A DNA stretch of 64,000 bases, from NCBI GenBank assembly GCA_963833985.1, contig CAWIAD010000002.1:5408001-5472000 (forward strand), written 5' to 3'. The translations under genes and the position numbers were made by a program. The stretch comes from an uncultured Planctomycetaceae bacterium (GTDB lineage Bacteria; Planctomycetota; Planctomycetia; Isosphaerales; Isosphaeraceae). The notes beneath the pieces are model-generated. The model searched no databases and was not told where the DNA came from. It was given only the letters and a program-made list of their open reading frames with translations. This document shows positions 48,621 through 58,962 of this stretch, piece by piece (the first letter of the stretch is position 1; each line of letters opens with the position of its first letter).

Positions 48621-49946
48621 TCACCAGCCCGTGCGGTATTCCCTCTGGATGTACGGTGCTGCCTCGGGACAGCCCGGGACAGTCATCGTCGCGGCGTCCC
48701 AGTGCACCGACTTGCCGGTGCGCAGCGCCAGGTTGGCCACGAGCATGGTCTCGGTGAGCCGGGATGCGAAGCCGTCGAACCGGCAGAAGGCTGGCGGCCC
48801 GCCCCGGCAGGCGGCCAGCCATTCCTGGTGGTGGCTCTCGCGCGGGGCGCGGGGCACCGAAGGTGCGGGCGGTTTGAAATCACGGTAGCGTTCCTCGGGC
48901 AGCAGCGACCACTCGCCGCCGGTCCATTCCGCCGAGGAGAGCGTTCCCCGGGTGCCCACCACGATCGCGCCGTTGTCGGCCAGCTTGCGGCCGCCCACCA
49001 GATCGGCCGGGGGCTTCTGGCCGCCGTCGTACCAGAACAGAGTGATCGGCCCTTGGCATGCGCGCGCGGCGAACTGGAGCTTGAGCCGCGACCAGACGGG
49101 GAAAGTTTCGGGCTTCAGGCCCGAGGTCGCAACGATCTCGGCGGAGACCGGCGGCTCCAGCTCGAGCGCGGCGAAGGGCATCGCCACGTTGTGGATGCCC
49201 ATATCGCCCACGGCGCCGGTGCCGAAGTCTTTCCAGCCCCGCCAGACGAACGGGCAGTAGGCGGGATGGTAGGGCCGCGCGGGTGCGACGCCCAGCCAGA
49301 GGTTCCAGTCCAGGCCGCTGCGCACGGCGGGTGCACCACCGGGGCGGTCGATTCCCTGGGGCCACCAGCCGGCGGGCCGGTCGGTCCAGACGTGCAGCTC
49401 GCGGACCTCGCCGAGCACTCCCGAGCGCAGGACCTCGATCCCCGCGCGGCTGCCGTCGCCGGCCATGCCCTGGGTGCCCATCTGGGTGGCCAGCTTCTTC
49501 TCCGCGGCCATGCGCGCCATGGTGCGCGCCTCGGCGATGCTCCAGGTGAGCGGCTTCTCGCAGTAGACGTGCTTGCCCAGCTCCATGGCTGCCAGGCTTA
49601 CCGGAGCGTGCATGTGGTCCGGAATGCTCACGGCGACCGCATCGATCCGGGCATGCATGGCGTCCAGCAGCTTGCGGTAATCGCGGAACCGCTGGGCGTT
49701 GGGAAGCTTGCTGAAGGCCCCGGCCGCGCGGTTGTCGTCGACATCGCACAGCGCAACGATGTTCTCGCCGAGCAATCGCTCCAGGTTCTCGGCCCCCTGC
49801 CCTCCACAGCCGATGATCGCGATGTTGAGCCGTTCGTTGGGACTTTTCGCCCGGACCGGGCGAGCCTGCCCGGCCAGCCCCAGGCTTGCCACGGCCGCGC
49901 CGCCCAGCACAGAGACCAGCTCGCGGCGATTCCAGGTTCTTTTCAT
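48621..49946 (-). CDS. Tat-exported Gfo/Idh/MocA oxidoreductase
   Basis: NRRELV Tat motif, IGCGGQG, PDHMH, HVYCEKP, WRGW.DFG.G..GDMG.H. Confidence 0.9.
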   Translation of the reverse strand: MKRTWNRRELVSVLGGAAVASLGLAGQARPVRAKSPNERLNIAIIGCGGQGAENLERLLGENIVALCDVDDNRAAGAFSKLPNAQRFRDYRKLLDAMHARIDAVAVSIPDHMHAPVSLAAMELGKHVYCEKPLTWSIAEARTMARMAAEKKLATQMGTQGMAGDGSRAGIEVLRSGVLGEVRELHVWTDRPAGWWPQGIDRPGGAPAVRSGLDWNLWLGVAPARPYHPAYCPFVWRGWKDFGTGAVGDMGIHNVAMPFAALELEPPVSAEIVATSGLKPETFPVWSRLKLQFAARACQGPITLFWYDGGQKPPADLVGGRKLADNGAIVVGTRGTLSSAEWTGGEWSLLPEERYRDFKPPAPSVPRAPRESHHQEWLAACRGGPPAFCRFDGFASRLTETMLVANLALRTGKSVHWDAATMTVPGCPEAAPYIQREYRTGW

Positions 49947-50198
49947 GGTCGTGCGTCCTTCCGCCCTTGCGCTACAATGGCAAGGAGCCCAGCAATGCGC
50001 GAAGCGCTCCGGGATGCGGCTCCCCTCCCCGCTGATCGTAGAGCATTCACCAGCGGCTCACAACCATGCGCCAGGGCGCCAGGGTTTCCAACCTTTCCCG
50101 GGACTGCGTGTTGCTCTAGAATTCGATGGGCCTTCCAGGCACACACACGGTTCGCGTTGGTTTCCAGAACCGAGCAACAACAGGGCGGCTGCTCGCTC

Positions 50199-50667
50199 AT
50201 GGCTTCACGTTCCACCAGCATGCTCAGTCCGAACCTCACGCCGTTGCTGGACGTGGTGCTCCAGCTCATCACGTTCTTCATGATGCTCGTCCATTTCGGC
50301 AGCAAGCTCGAGGGGGCCAATCTTGTGGTGCGGCTGCCGGTCGCGCCGGCGGCCCTGCCGGGATCGGACCTGACGATCGACCGCCTGCCGGTCGCGCTCG
50401 ACCGGCGGGGAGGGCTGCGGCATGGCGGCAAGGTCATGGCGGGCGCGGCGGCCTCGGCCTGGTGGGCCGAGCAGGCGCGCATCCGCCGCGCCGGGCGCGA
50501 CCTGCTGCCGGCCGACGACTCGGCCCACGGCGAGCTGCCCACGGTGGTGATCCTGCGAGCTGATCGCGACGCCTCCTACGGCACGGTCAGGCGGCACGCT
50601 GGCCCAGGCGCAGGAGCAGGGTTTCGCCCAGTTCAGCCTGGTGGTGTTGCGGAGAAAGCAGCCATGA
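50199..50667 (+). CDS. ExbD/TolR protein (frameshift near 50595)
   Basis: NLTPLLDVVLQLITFFM and ILRAD..ASYG.V. Confidence 0.8.
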
Positions 50668-51285
50668 GTCTCGGCATGGGCATGCCTGCTTTCAACGCAA
50701 GGACGCCGGGCGGGATGGCCGAAGCGTCCGCGGACGCCGTGGCGCCACGCTCGCGGCGGTATCGTCCGGGGCCGCCCGACGAGGTGTTCTTCCCGGTGAC
50801 GCCGATGCTCGACATGGCATTCCAGCTCCTGGCCTTCTTCATCCTGACGTTCAAGGCGCCGACGGCGGAGACGCACATCGACCTGCAACTGCCGGCCACG
50901 CCCGCGGCCTTGCCCTCCGCACGGGCCGGCAGGGCTCGGCCCAACCCGGCGCGGGCCGTGGACGCCGACCTGGAAAACGACCTGCTCGTGCGGGCCGAGG
51001 CCGACGACCTGGGCGACCTGTCGGCCTTGCGGCTGGGCGAGGCCGTCTTGCCAGACCTGGAAGCGCTGGGCAGCCGCCTGCACCGCTACACCCAGCTTCT
51101 GGGCAGCCGACCGCTCCGCGTCCGGCTGGTCGCTGACGACCGCCTGCGCTACGAGCCCGCCGCGCAAATCATCGCCGTGTGCTCGGCCGCCGGGGTCTCC
51201 TCCGTGCGCGCTGGCGCAGCCCGGCGGCATTCCCGCCCTGCGCGATCTGCCGCGAGTCACACCTGCGAAGGACGGCTCACGATGA
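50664..51285 (+). CDS. Second ExbD/TolR protein (3' end uncertain)
   Basis: VTPMLDMAFQLLAFFILTF and LVADDRLRY. Confidence 0.8.
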
Positions 51286-52091
51286 GACTCGGACTCGCCA
51301 TGCTCTGCCGCGGCGCGGTTCTCGCCTGCATGCTGTGGATGGTGGGCGGCGGGACGGCGGGCGCCCGGACCGAGGACGACGAGCCGGTCTCGGGCCTGAG
51401 CCTGGCCGACCTGGAGGCGTACTCCGCGGCACTTCAGGGAAAAGGGACCGGCGGCAACCGCGAAGAACCTTCAGAGCCGCCCCGGCCCGTGACCTTTCGC
51501 GACCTCTGGGACCATCCCGAGACCTGGCAAGGCCGGCGCGTGCAGGTGCAAGGGCAGGTTGTCCGGGTCTTTCGCCAGCAGGCCGTGGGCCGCTTCCCCG
51601 CACTCGTGGAAGCCTGGCTGAGCACGCCCCGGAAGAACCTGCTGTGCACGGTCTTCCCCGCCGGCCAGGGGCCGGAAGCCGGCCAGAAGGTTGCCTTCAC
51701 CGGCACGTTCCTGCGGACCATCCGCTACACCGGCGACGATGCGCCGCGGCTGGCCCCGTGCATTGTGGGCGACCGCCCCCCTGCTCCCTTGCCGGCGGTC
51801 GCAGCAACAGGCAGGCCGGCGGCGTTCGACTGGCGGGACCTCGTCACCAGCGCTCCGCCGACGGGCGAGGGCTTCTTCAGCTCCTGGTCGCCGCTGGGCT
51901 GGATCGCGGGAAGCATCCTGGGCGTGACCGGGGTTGTGCTGCTGGTCTGGCGGCACTGGCGCGGAGCGGCCGAGGGCAACATTGGTGCGGGTGGACACAA
52001 CGCTGACGGGACGACGGCACAGGACCCGCCGCTGGATTTCCTTGAACCGGAGCCGATCCATGGAACCGTTCCCGACGCGCGACCCCATTGA
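51282..52091 (+). CDS. Hypothetical exported/membrane protein
   Basis: Signal peptide, OB-fold-like DLWDHPETWQGRRVQVQG, C-terminal TM. Confidence 0.55.
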   Translation: MRLGLAMLCRGAVLACMLWMVGGGTAGARTEDDEPVSGLSLADLEAYSAALQGKGTGGNREEPSEPPRPVTFRDLWDHPETWQGRRVQVQGQVVRVFRQQAVGRFPALVEAWLSTPRKNLLCTVFPAGQGPEAGQKVAFTGTFLRTIRYTGDDAPRLAPCIVGDRPPAPLPAVAATGRPAAFDWRDLVTSAPPTGEGFFSSWSPLGWIAGSILGVTGVVLLVWRHWRGAAEGNIGAGGHNADGTTAQDPPLDFLEPEPIHGTVPDARPH

Positions 52092-53277
52092 AGGGCTGCA
52101 CTTCACGTTCCACTCGGACAGGGCGAACCCGGAAGTCGAGGAGCAGCCCACCCCCCGGCGTGAGCGTCCCGCCAGGCACGATAACGGGGACGGCAGCGCC
52201 GGCAGCGACGGCAGCGACGGCGACGACGACGAGGGCCGGCTCCACTGGCGTGTGCTTCGTTTGGGTGAGACGCCGCTCACCGATCCCCGATCGCTGGGAG
52301 GCTCGGCCTTCGTGCACGTTCTGCTGGTCGCACTCGCGCTCCTGACCGTTCAGAACGTGTCGATCCTGCGCACGCGCGAAACGGCCCCGACACTCAAGGG
52401 CGAGATCGACACGGTGGACAACCGCGCCGATGCCAGCAAGCCGGTTGGTGATGGTGGAGGATCTCCGGGCGAGATGGGTGGCCTGGGGAGCGTGGCCTTC
52501 GTGGCGCCCGCCGCCGGGAATGATCCCGAGGGTCCTGGTCCGGATGCGGCCGCGGACGCCTTGCTGAACGAGATCCTGCCCAGGAAGGCCGAGTTGCCGG
52601 ATGATGCGCTGCGGCGCGCCCTGCCCGGCCCGCAGACCACGGGCATCGGCCTGGTTCCTGGTCCGGGCCTGGGTGGAGGGGGCGGCGCGGGCGGCGGTTC
52701 GGGGGGCGGAGTGGGCAAGGGCATCGGGCCGGGGACGGAATTCTTTGGTGCCCGCGAGCATGCCCATTCCTTCGCCTACGTGATCGACTGCTCCGGCAGC
52801 ATGGCCCTGCGCAGCTCGCTGATCGTGGCCAAGCACGAGCTGCTGGCCAGCCTGAACCAGCTTCCGCCGGACGCCCGGTTCTCGGTGATCTTCTACAACG
52901 AGCGGGCCCGCGTCTTCTCGGATCCGCACGGGCAGCAAGGGATGATGCCGGCCACGGCGGCCAACAAGGTGCGGGTGCGCACCCAGCTTCAAGGCGTTTT
53001 GCCCGATGGCGGCACCGACCACATGGTGGCCCTGCGCACGGCGCTCGGGCTCAAGCCCGAGGTCGTCTTCTTCCTCACCGACGCCGACCAGATGGACGAC
53101 AACGACGTGAACCATGTCTTGACCGAGGTGCACGGCAGCCGGATCCAGGCCGTTGAGTTTGGCATCGGCCCGCATATTGGCCGCCAGACCCCGCTCAACC
53201 GCCTGGCCGTGACCACCGGCGGATCGTACCGGTTCATCGACGTGACGAGTTTCCCCAGGTCGGCATCAGGATATTGA
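52060..53277 (+). CDS. vWA-domain membrane protein
   Basis: TM with SAFVH, Gly-rich linker, YVIDCSGSM MIDAS motif, GGT, FFLTD. Confidence 0.85.
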   Translation: MEPFPTRDPIEGLHFTFHSDRANPEVEEQPTPRRERPARHDNGDGSAGSDGSDGDDDEGRLHWRVLRLGETPLTDPRSLGGSAFVHVLLVALALLTVQNVSILRTRETAPTLKGEIDTVDNRADASKPVGDGGGSPGEMGGLGSVAFVAPAAGNDPEGPGPDAAADALLNEILPRKAELPDDALRRALPGPQTTGIGLVPGPGLGGGGGAGGGSGGGVGKGIGPGTEFFGAREHAHSFAYVIDCSGSMALRSSLIVAKHELLASLNQLPPDARFSVIFYNERARVFSDPHGQQGMMPATAANKVRVRTQLQGVLPDGGTDHMVALRTALGLKPEVVFFLTDADQMDDNDVNHVLTEVHGSRIQAVEFGIGPHIGRQTPLNRLAVTTGGSYRFIDVTSFPRSASGY

Positions 53278-53370
53278 GCCCCGCCTGGTGGACACGTACC
53301 ACGTCAGGGACTGGTGGCCGAATGCCAAACGAGGGGGCAAGGCTCTGGGGCACGGCTCTGAAAAGACGGC

Positions 53371-55344
53371 TCAGGGCGTGACAATCGGGAACATCGGCTC
53401 GAAGGAGTCCATGAGGGCCAGGAGCTCGGCCAGCTTGCGGCGGTCGCCTTCAATCCGGATGCTTCCGGTCCGGATCTCCTGCTCCAGGGTCGTCGTGCCG
53501 GTCAAGACCTGGTCGAGCGTGGCGCGGCGGAATGTGATACTGGCGTCGGCCGAGGGGAGCCGTGTCCCGACGGTGTAGGTCAACGCCGCGTTCTCCAGCG
53601 TCACTGCATAGGTCTCACCGGTATCGCTGAACAACCAGTTCATGGTGATACGCTTGCCTTCGGCCTTCGGTCCGTTCAGCCGAATGCCCAGGTAGTCAAG
53701 CAGCAGGTCGACGGGCATGGCACGAAGGGTGTCGCGGCTGTCGACCCGTGCCGCGATGGCTTTGGGTACGCCTTCCCGAAGCTCGCGGGCGCCCATGAGG
53801 TATTCATTCCGCCAGATCGGGTCTTCCGTCTGGTAGCCAAGCTGTTCCAGGGCCGCCGCCTGAAGCTCGCGGGCCTGGCGGTTTTCTGGGTCCGCAAAGA
53901 CGACGTGGTTCATCACCTGGGCCACCCAGCGATATTCTCCCCGGGCGAATGATTCGCGTGCCCGGGCGATCACGGCCGCGGATCCGCCCATGTAAGCGAC
54001 ATAGTTCTTCGCCGCCTCCACCGGAGGCAGAGGATGGAGGTTCGCCGGGTTGGAATCGTACCAGCCGAGATAGCGCTGGTAGACGGCCTTGGCGTTGTGA
54101 TTGACCGAGCCGTAATAGCCGCGGTTGTACCACTCGCGGTCCAGGCTGCGGGGAAGCCGGAGCATCTCGGCGACCTCCAGCATGGTGAAGCCGTGATTCA
54201 TGAGCCGCAACGACTGGTCGTGGATGTACTTGTAAAGGTCGCGCTGCTGCTTCAGGTAGGCGACGACCTGGCTCTGCCCCCAGGTCGGCCACTGGTGCTG
54301 CGCGAAGACGACATCGGACTGATCGCCGAAGAGGGCCACGCATTCATTCAGGGTTTTCCACCAGCTCCGGGCGTCGCGCACCTGGGCTCCGCGCAGCGTG
54401 TACAGGTTGTGCAGCGTGTGCACCGCGTCCTCCGCCGCGCAGAGGGCCCGAAACTGCGGAAAGTGGATGAGGAACTCGGCGGGAGCCTCCGTCCGGGGTG
54501 CCATCTGGAACGTCATCTTCACGCCGTCGATGGTGCGCGTTTCTCCCGTCTTCCTGATCAGGTCGGTCGGCGGAATGAGCGTGACCGTGCCAACCGAGGT
54601 GGTCTTGCCCAGGCCGCTGTCGAGCTGCCCCCTGATCCCTTTCGGCAGCAAGATTCCGAACATATAGATCGCTCTCCGGCCCATCGCGTTGCCGGCGAAG
54701 ACGTTCTCGCTGACCGCCTCCTCGAGAAAACCTTCGGGAGCGAGGATCGAGACCTTCCCCGCCTTCACGGCTGCCTCGGAAACGACGCCCTTGACCCCGC
54801 CGTAATGGTCGACGTGGCTATGCGTGTAGATGACCGCAACCACTTCCCTGCGCGGGCGGTGCCGGTAATACAGGTCCATCCCCGCCCGGGCCGCCTCCAT
54901 CGAGACCAGGGGGTCGATGACGATCAGCCCGTGATCGCCCTCGATGATGTCCATGTTCGAGATGTCGAACCCGCGCACCTGGTAGATGCGGTCGGTCACC
55001 TGGAAGAGACCGTGATTCAGGTTCAACCGGGCCACCCGCCAGAGGCTGGGGTTCACCGTCGGTGGGCACTCATCCTTGAGGAATGCGTAATCCTTCAGGC
55101 TCCAGACCACCCGGCCGTCGCTGGTGGTGATCGTGGCATCGGGCAAGGTGCCCACGAAGCCCCGGCGCGCCGCCACGAAATCATTCTGGTCCTGAAATGG
55201 TAACTGCTCGGTGACACGGACATTGGCGTCGCGGGTCGCCGCGGTCGCGTCCTCCTGGCCTCGGGCTCGATGCGCCGGCAGGGCCAGGCCCAGGAGCAAT
55301 GCCGTCCAGAACCCCCCGCCCAGAACGATCCTGCGCCCGTTCAT
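53371..55344 (-). CDS. Alkyl/aryl sulfatase (SdsA1/BDS1-like MBL fold with SCP2 C-domain)
   Basis: IYQVRGFDISN, THSHVDHYGG, HNLYTLRGAQVRD, RGYYGS. Confidence 0.92.
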   Translation of the reverse strand: MNGRRIVLGGGFWTALLLGLALPAHRARGQEDATAATRDANVRVTEQLPFQDQNDFVAARRGFVGTLPDATITTSDGRVVWSLKDYAFLKDECPPTVNPSLWRVARLNLNHGLFQVTDRIYQVRGFDISNMDIIEGDHGLIVIDPLVSMEAARAGMDLYYRHRPRREVVAVIYTHSHVDHYGGVKGVVSEAAVKAGKVSILAPEGFLEEAVSENVFAGNAMGRRAIYMFGILLPKGIRGQLDSGLGKTTSVGTVTLIPPTDLIRKTGETRTIDGVKMTFQMAPRTEAPAEFLIHFPQFRALCAAEDAVHTLHNLYTLRGAQVRDARSWWKTLNECVALFGDQSDVVFAQHQWPTWGQSQVVAYLKQQRDLYKYIHDQSLRLMNHGFTMLEVAEMLRLPRSLDREWYNRGYYGSVNHNAKAVYQRYLGWYDSNPANLHPLPPVEAAKNYVAYMGGSAAVIARARESFARGEYRWVAQVMNHVVFADPENRQARELQAAALEQLGYQTEDPIWRNEYLMGARELREGVPKAIAARVDSRDTLRAMPVDLLLDYLGIRLNGPKAEGKRITMNWLFSDTGETYAVTLENAALTYTVGTRLPSADASITFRRATLDQVLTGTTTLEQEIRTGSIRIEGDRRKLAELLALMDSFEPMFPIVTP

Positions 55345-55560
55345 GAAAGCACCTCCACGCCGTGCCCGAAGCCAGGCTTCTCGCCAAAGTTGAAGTTTCA
55401 GATGGCTATATTAATCGAGCGGCGGGGTGAATGCCCGGGTTCACCGGCGCGAGTTGAGGGACCGGTGCAAAGTTGACGCGGGAAAAAACCGGGCCCGCAC
55501 TGCGCGCCTTTTCATGCCGCGCGGTGCGGGCCGTGCTCGGGCCGGCCAGGAGGTCGTCAG

Positions 55561-57243
55561 TCAGATCGAAACCAGGTCCTGCCCTTCCCCGTCGACCAGC
55601 GAGAGCAGGAGCGAGCGGCTCTTGTCGCGCGATTCGCCGATAGCGGTGACGTAGACCGCGGGGTCATCCTTCACCGGGCATTCGTGCTCGCAGATGCCGC
55701 AGCCAATGCACTTCTCGGCGTCGATGTAGGGCCGCTTGAGCTGGAGCGTGGCGCCCCAGCGGTCGGTGACCTCGACGTTGCGGGTGAAGATCGCCTTGGG
55801 GCTGACCGGGCAAACCTCCTCGCAGACCACGCAGCTTGTGTCCATGGCCCAGGGGAGGCAGCGGCCCTGGTTGTAGAAGGCGGTGCCGGTCTTGACCGGT
55901 CCCTTGACCTCGAACGGGCCGATGCCCAGCTTCTCGGCGATCGAGATCTCGCGGATGGCGCCCGTGGGGCAAACCTGGCTACAGAGCGTGCAGTTCAGCT
56001 CGCACCAGCCCATCTTGGAGATCATGATGGGCGTCCAGAGGCCCTCCAGGCCCGCCTCGAACATGGCCGGCTGGAGCACGTTCGTGGGGCAGACGCGGAT
56101 GCACTGGTCGCACTTGATGCAGCGCCGCAGGAACTCGTCCTCGGCCACCGAGCCGGGCGGGCGGATCACGCTCCGGCTGAAGTTCTTCTTGACGCCGCCG
56201 GAGGCCCGCGTCATCGGGAAGAAGAAGAGGCCGAAGAGACCGGCCAGGACGAGCTCGCGGCGACCCACCGCCGGGTAGGTCACCTCGCTGGCCTTGCGCG
56301 GCAGGAATCGGAATGAGAGTGCGTCGTGCGGGCAATCTTCGATGCAGTTCAGGCACACGAAGCACTCACTCTTGCGCAGGTCGGTATGCGGGTCGGAAGC
56401 GCCTTCGCAGCTCTTCAAGCAGAGGTCGCAATCGGTGCAGCGTACCGGGTCGCGATCGATGCGCCAGAGCGAGAACCGGCTGAAGATGCCCAGCAGCGCG
56501 CCGAGCGGGCAGATCGCCCGGCAGAAGAAGCGGGGAATCCACCAGTTGGCGAACAGGAAGCCAAGGAAGATGAGTCCCACGACCCACGCCTGCCAGTACT
56601 CGCGGGGCTCTGTGTAGACGCTCTCGGTGGCCTTGTTCACGGTGGGCAGGACGCTGGTGGTCATGGAGCGGACGGTGAGCGCGATCGGGTCTAGCAAGCC
56701 GATCTGCAACGAGCTGTTGTTGAGCTTGTGATCCTCGGCCGCTTGCGCGACCCCTGCGCCCACGGCCGCAAAGACGCGGGGCAGCCCCGTCTGTTTCAGC
56801 TCTCCTCCGCGGTAAACCTGCCAGATCTTGCCCGGGGCGTCGATGGTGGTGGGAATGATCCAGAGGCCGGCCATGGCAATCATCACGGCCAGGATGTAGT
56901 ACTTGATGGCGTAGATCTTGCGGTAGCGGTTCACCTCGATCATCTGCTTGGTGTTCCGCCGGTTGCCGATGACGCCGAAGAGGTGGTGCAGGATGCCGAA
57001 GGGGCACATCCAGTTGCACCAGACCCGCCCGAGCATCATGGTGATGGCAATGACCACCAGCCCCCACACCAGGTTGCGGTAAATGGTATGGGTGGTGAGC
57101 GCCGTGGCGACGGCCACCAGCGGCGTGGCTTCGAGGAATAGCGACGCCGGCCACCCCTTGAGGTAGCGCAGGTCGGTGATCAGCAGGAAGAAGAGGAAGA
57201 GCCCCAGGAAGAGCACTTCATAAGCACGGCGAATCTTGACCAT
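55561..57243 (-). CDS. Membrane polyferredoxin (4Fe-4S binding, NapH/MauN + NapG-like)
   Basis: GRVWCNWMCPFG, RFFCRAICPLG, multiple CxxCxxCxxxCP, IRPPG. Confidence 0.9.
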   Translation of the reverse strand: MVKIRRAYEVLFLGLFLFFLLITDLRYLKGWPASLFLEATPLVAVATALTTHTIYRNLVWGLVVIAITMMLGRVWCNWMCPFGILHHLFGVIGNRRNTKQMIEVNRYRKIYAIKYYILAVMIAMAGLWIIPTTIDAPGKIWQVYRGGELKQTGLPRVFAAVGAGVAQAAEDHKLNNSSLQIGLLDPIALTVRSMTTSVLPTVNKATESVYTEPREYWQAWVVGLIFLGFLFANWWIPRFFCRAICPLGALLGIFSRFSLWRIDRDPVRCTDCDLCLKSCEGASDPHTDLRKSECFVCLNCIEDCPHDALSFRFLPRKASEVTYPAVGRRELVLAGLFGLFFFPMTRASGGVKKNFSRSVIRPPGSVAEDEFLRRCIKCDQCIRVCPTNVLQPAMFEAGLEGLWTPIMISKMGWCELNCTLCSQVCPTGAIREISIAEKLGIGPFEVKGPVKTGTAFYNQGRCLPWAMDTSCVVCEEVCPVSPKAIFTRNVEVTDRWGATLQLKRPYIDAEKCIGCGICEHECPVKDDPAVYVTAIGESRDKSRSLLLSLVDGEGQDLVSI

Positions 57244-57362
57244 CGGTCCCTCCAGCGGGGGGAGTGAAACGGGCTGGCGGCAGGCTGTTCATGTACTCGA
57301 GCGTCTCGGGATACAGTGCATGGGCGACGAGTGTCCAGAACATGGCGTCGCGATCGGGGCAT

Positions 57363-57701
57363 TCACAGGAACTCAACCCGATTCATGATGTCGGGAGGAT
57401 CGTAAATCTCCCAGATCAGTTCCAGGCAATCGATGATCTCCCTGATGGAACGGCTTGCAGGCTGGCAATAGGCGATCCCGTGGTGGGAGATCCCGCGGGC
57501 GGCGATTCGAAGGAAGTCGGCGTCCTGGGTAATAATCACGCGCTGTTCCTTGCTTGCGAACGCAAGATGCTCTTCGTCCGGAGCATGAAGCAAGCGTGCT
57601 TCCGCCGTGGTCGTCACGTCAATCCCCTTCTTTCGCAGTCCTGATGCAACGCGGGGGTCGCAATTCTCATCCAGGTGGAACCGTATCGCTCTGGGCATCA
57701 C
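57363..57701 (-). CDS. DUF5615 PIN-like toxin
   Basis: FHLDEN, GIDV, DEEHL..A..EQRVIITQDADF, HHGI. Confidence 0.85.
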   Translation of the reverse strand: MMPRAIRFHLDENCDPRVASGLRKKGIDVTTTAEARLLHAPDEEHLAFASKEQRVIITQDADFLRIAARGISHHGIAYCQPASRSIREIIDCLELIWEIYDPPDIMNRVEFL

Positions 57702-58005
57702 GCTCCGCCAGAATCTGCTCGAGACGAGACGAAGGATTCCTGGCCCTCACCTCCGCAACGAATGCCTCGTCCGCCTCCATCTGCTGGTGGATTTCCTCCC
57801 GGTGATCGTGGTAGTAGGCCAGTGCCGCATGGACATCGGCGGGCGTGATTCCCGGATAGGTTCTGGAAATCTCAGCGACCGAGATCCCCATCTGTTCGTG
57901 CCAGATGACGATATTCTGAACCGTGATCCGATGGCCCGCGATCCGCGGTTTGCCGCCGCAGACCCCCGGCGTGATTTCGATGTGCTCGGTGCTCAACCGG
58001 ACCAT
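57667..58005 (-). CDS. DUF433 antitoxin
   Basis: ITPGVCGGKPRIAGHRITV and YPGITPADVHAALAYY. Confidence 0.9.
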   Translation of the reverse strand: MVRLSTEHIEITPGVCGGKPRIAGHRITVQNIVIWHEQMGISVAEISRTYPGITPADVHAALAYYHDHREEIHQQMEADEAFVAEVRARNPSSRLEQILAERDAQSDTVPPG

Positions 58006-58097
58006 TTGAAATATGCCCCTCAGCCAAAGAGAATCCCGATCACATCGAGCACAGCCCCTCAATCAAAGAGAATCCCCTTGAGCTCGAGCACGAACCC

Positions 58098-58263
58098 GCC
58101 GTGGCGATGGCCACCAGCGGCGTGGCTTCCAGGAATAGCGACGCCGGCCACCCCTTGAGGTAACGCAGGTCGGTGATCAGCAGAAAGAAGAGGAAGAGCC
58201 CCAGGAAGAGCACTTCATAGGCACGGCGAATCTTAACCATCGGTCCCTCCAGCGGGGGGAGTG
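58098..58263 (-). pseudogene. Truncated duplicate of the polyferredoxin 5' end (166-bp direct repeat of 57101-57266)
   Basis: Same RBS and first ~48 codons (MVKIRRAYEV...). About 6 mismatches counted by eye. Confidence 0.85.
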
Positions 58264-58928
58264 GGTTTATGCTTGAGTTTCGGCTGCCAGCGATCGGCCC
58301 TGGCGAGCAATCGTGAGAGTGGCAAGGTGAAACCAGGCAAAAGGCCAGTCTCGTACGATTGGGATTCAGTCACGATGTCGTAAGTCGGGCCGGCCGGACC
58401 CTTGCGATAAACAGTCATGATGCGCCGGAAACGATCGATGATCCAGTATTCCTTGACGCCAGCGGCCAGGTACTCGTCGCGCTTCTCTTCGTAATCGCGA
58501 AGTGCGTCGCGGCGACGGGACGAGACGAACTCGACGACGATGGCGGGAACGTCTTGAGTGGTATCGGGAAGATGTCCCAGGCCCACCCAGATAGCGCGGT
58601 CGCATCGCCTCCGGTACGGAGTTCCAGGTACCGTGCGTTCCGGCATGGTCAGCCCGAATGGATCTTGTCGCGATGAAGACTCGAAGTGACTTCTCAGCAA
58701 GTGTCCCAGCTCGTCATTGGGGTCGACTTCGGCATCGCCGGCAGGTGGTGTCACCACAAGCACTCCGCGGATGACCTCGTAGCGGTAGCCCTTCACGAAC
58801 TGGGAGGGTGGCAGGGCGTCAAACTCCTCCACCGTCATGCGGTTACCGGCGGATTGCGGGCCGATCCGAGGCGCGCGGGTTCGGCGGTTTGTTCCGGGCG
58901 CTTCGGGTTGGGATTCGACAGTTGCCAT
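58233..58928 (-). CDS. Uma2 family endonuclease
   Basis: RYEVIRGVLVV, PAIVVEFVS, DYEEKRDEY..AGVKEYWIID, LLPGF. Confidence 0.88.
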   Translation of the reverse strand: MATVESQPEAPGTNRRTRAPRIGPQSAGNRMTVEEFDALPPSQFVKGYRYEVIRGVLVVTPPAGDAEVDPNDELGHLLRSHFESSSRQDPFGLTMPERTVPGTPYRRRCDRAIWVGLGHLPDTTQDVPAIVVEFVSSRRRDALRDYEEKRDEYLAAGVKEYWIIDRFRRIMTVYRKGPAGPTYDIVTESQSYETGLLPGFTLPLSRLLARADRWQPKLKHKPTPPAGGTDG

Positions 58929-58962
58929 GGTTTACCGGGAGACAAGCAAGGCTTGCGTGAGG

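Noticed and set aside
47727..52091. Single 1454-aa protein
   Set aside because: It is a chance concatenation of an antisense shadow with exbD, exbD and a hypothetical gene joined by frameshifts.
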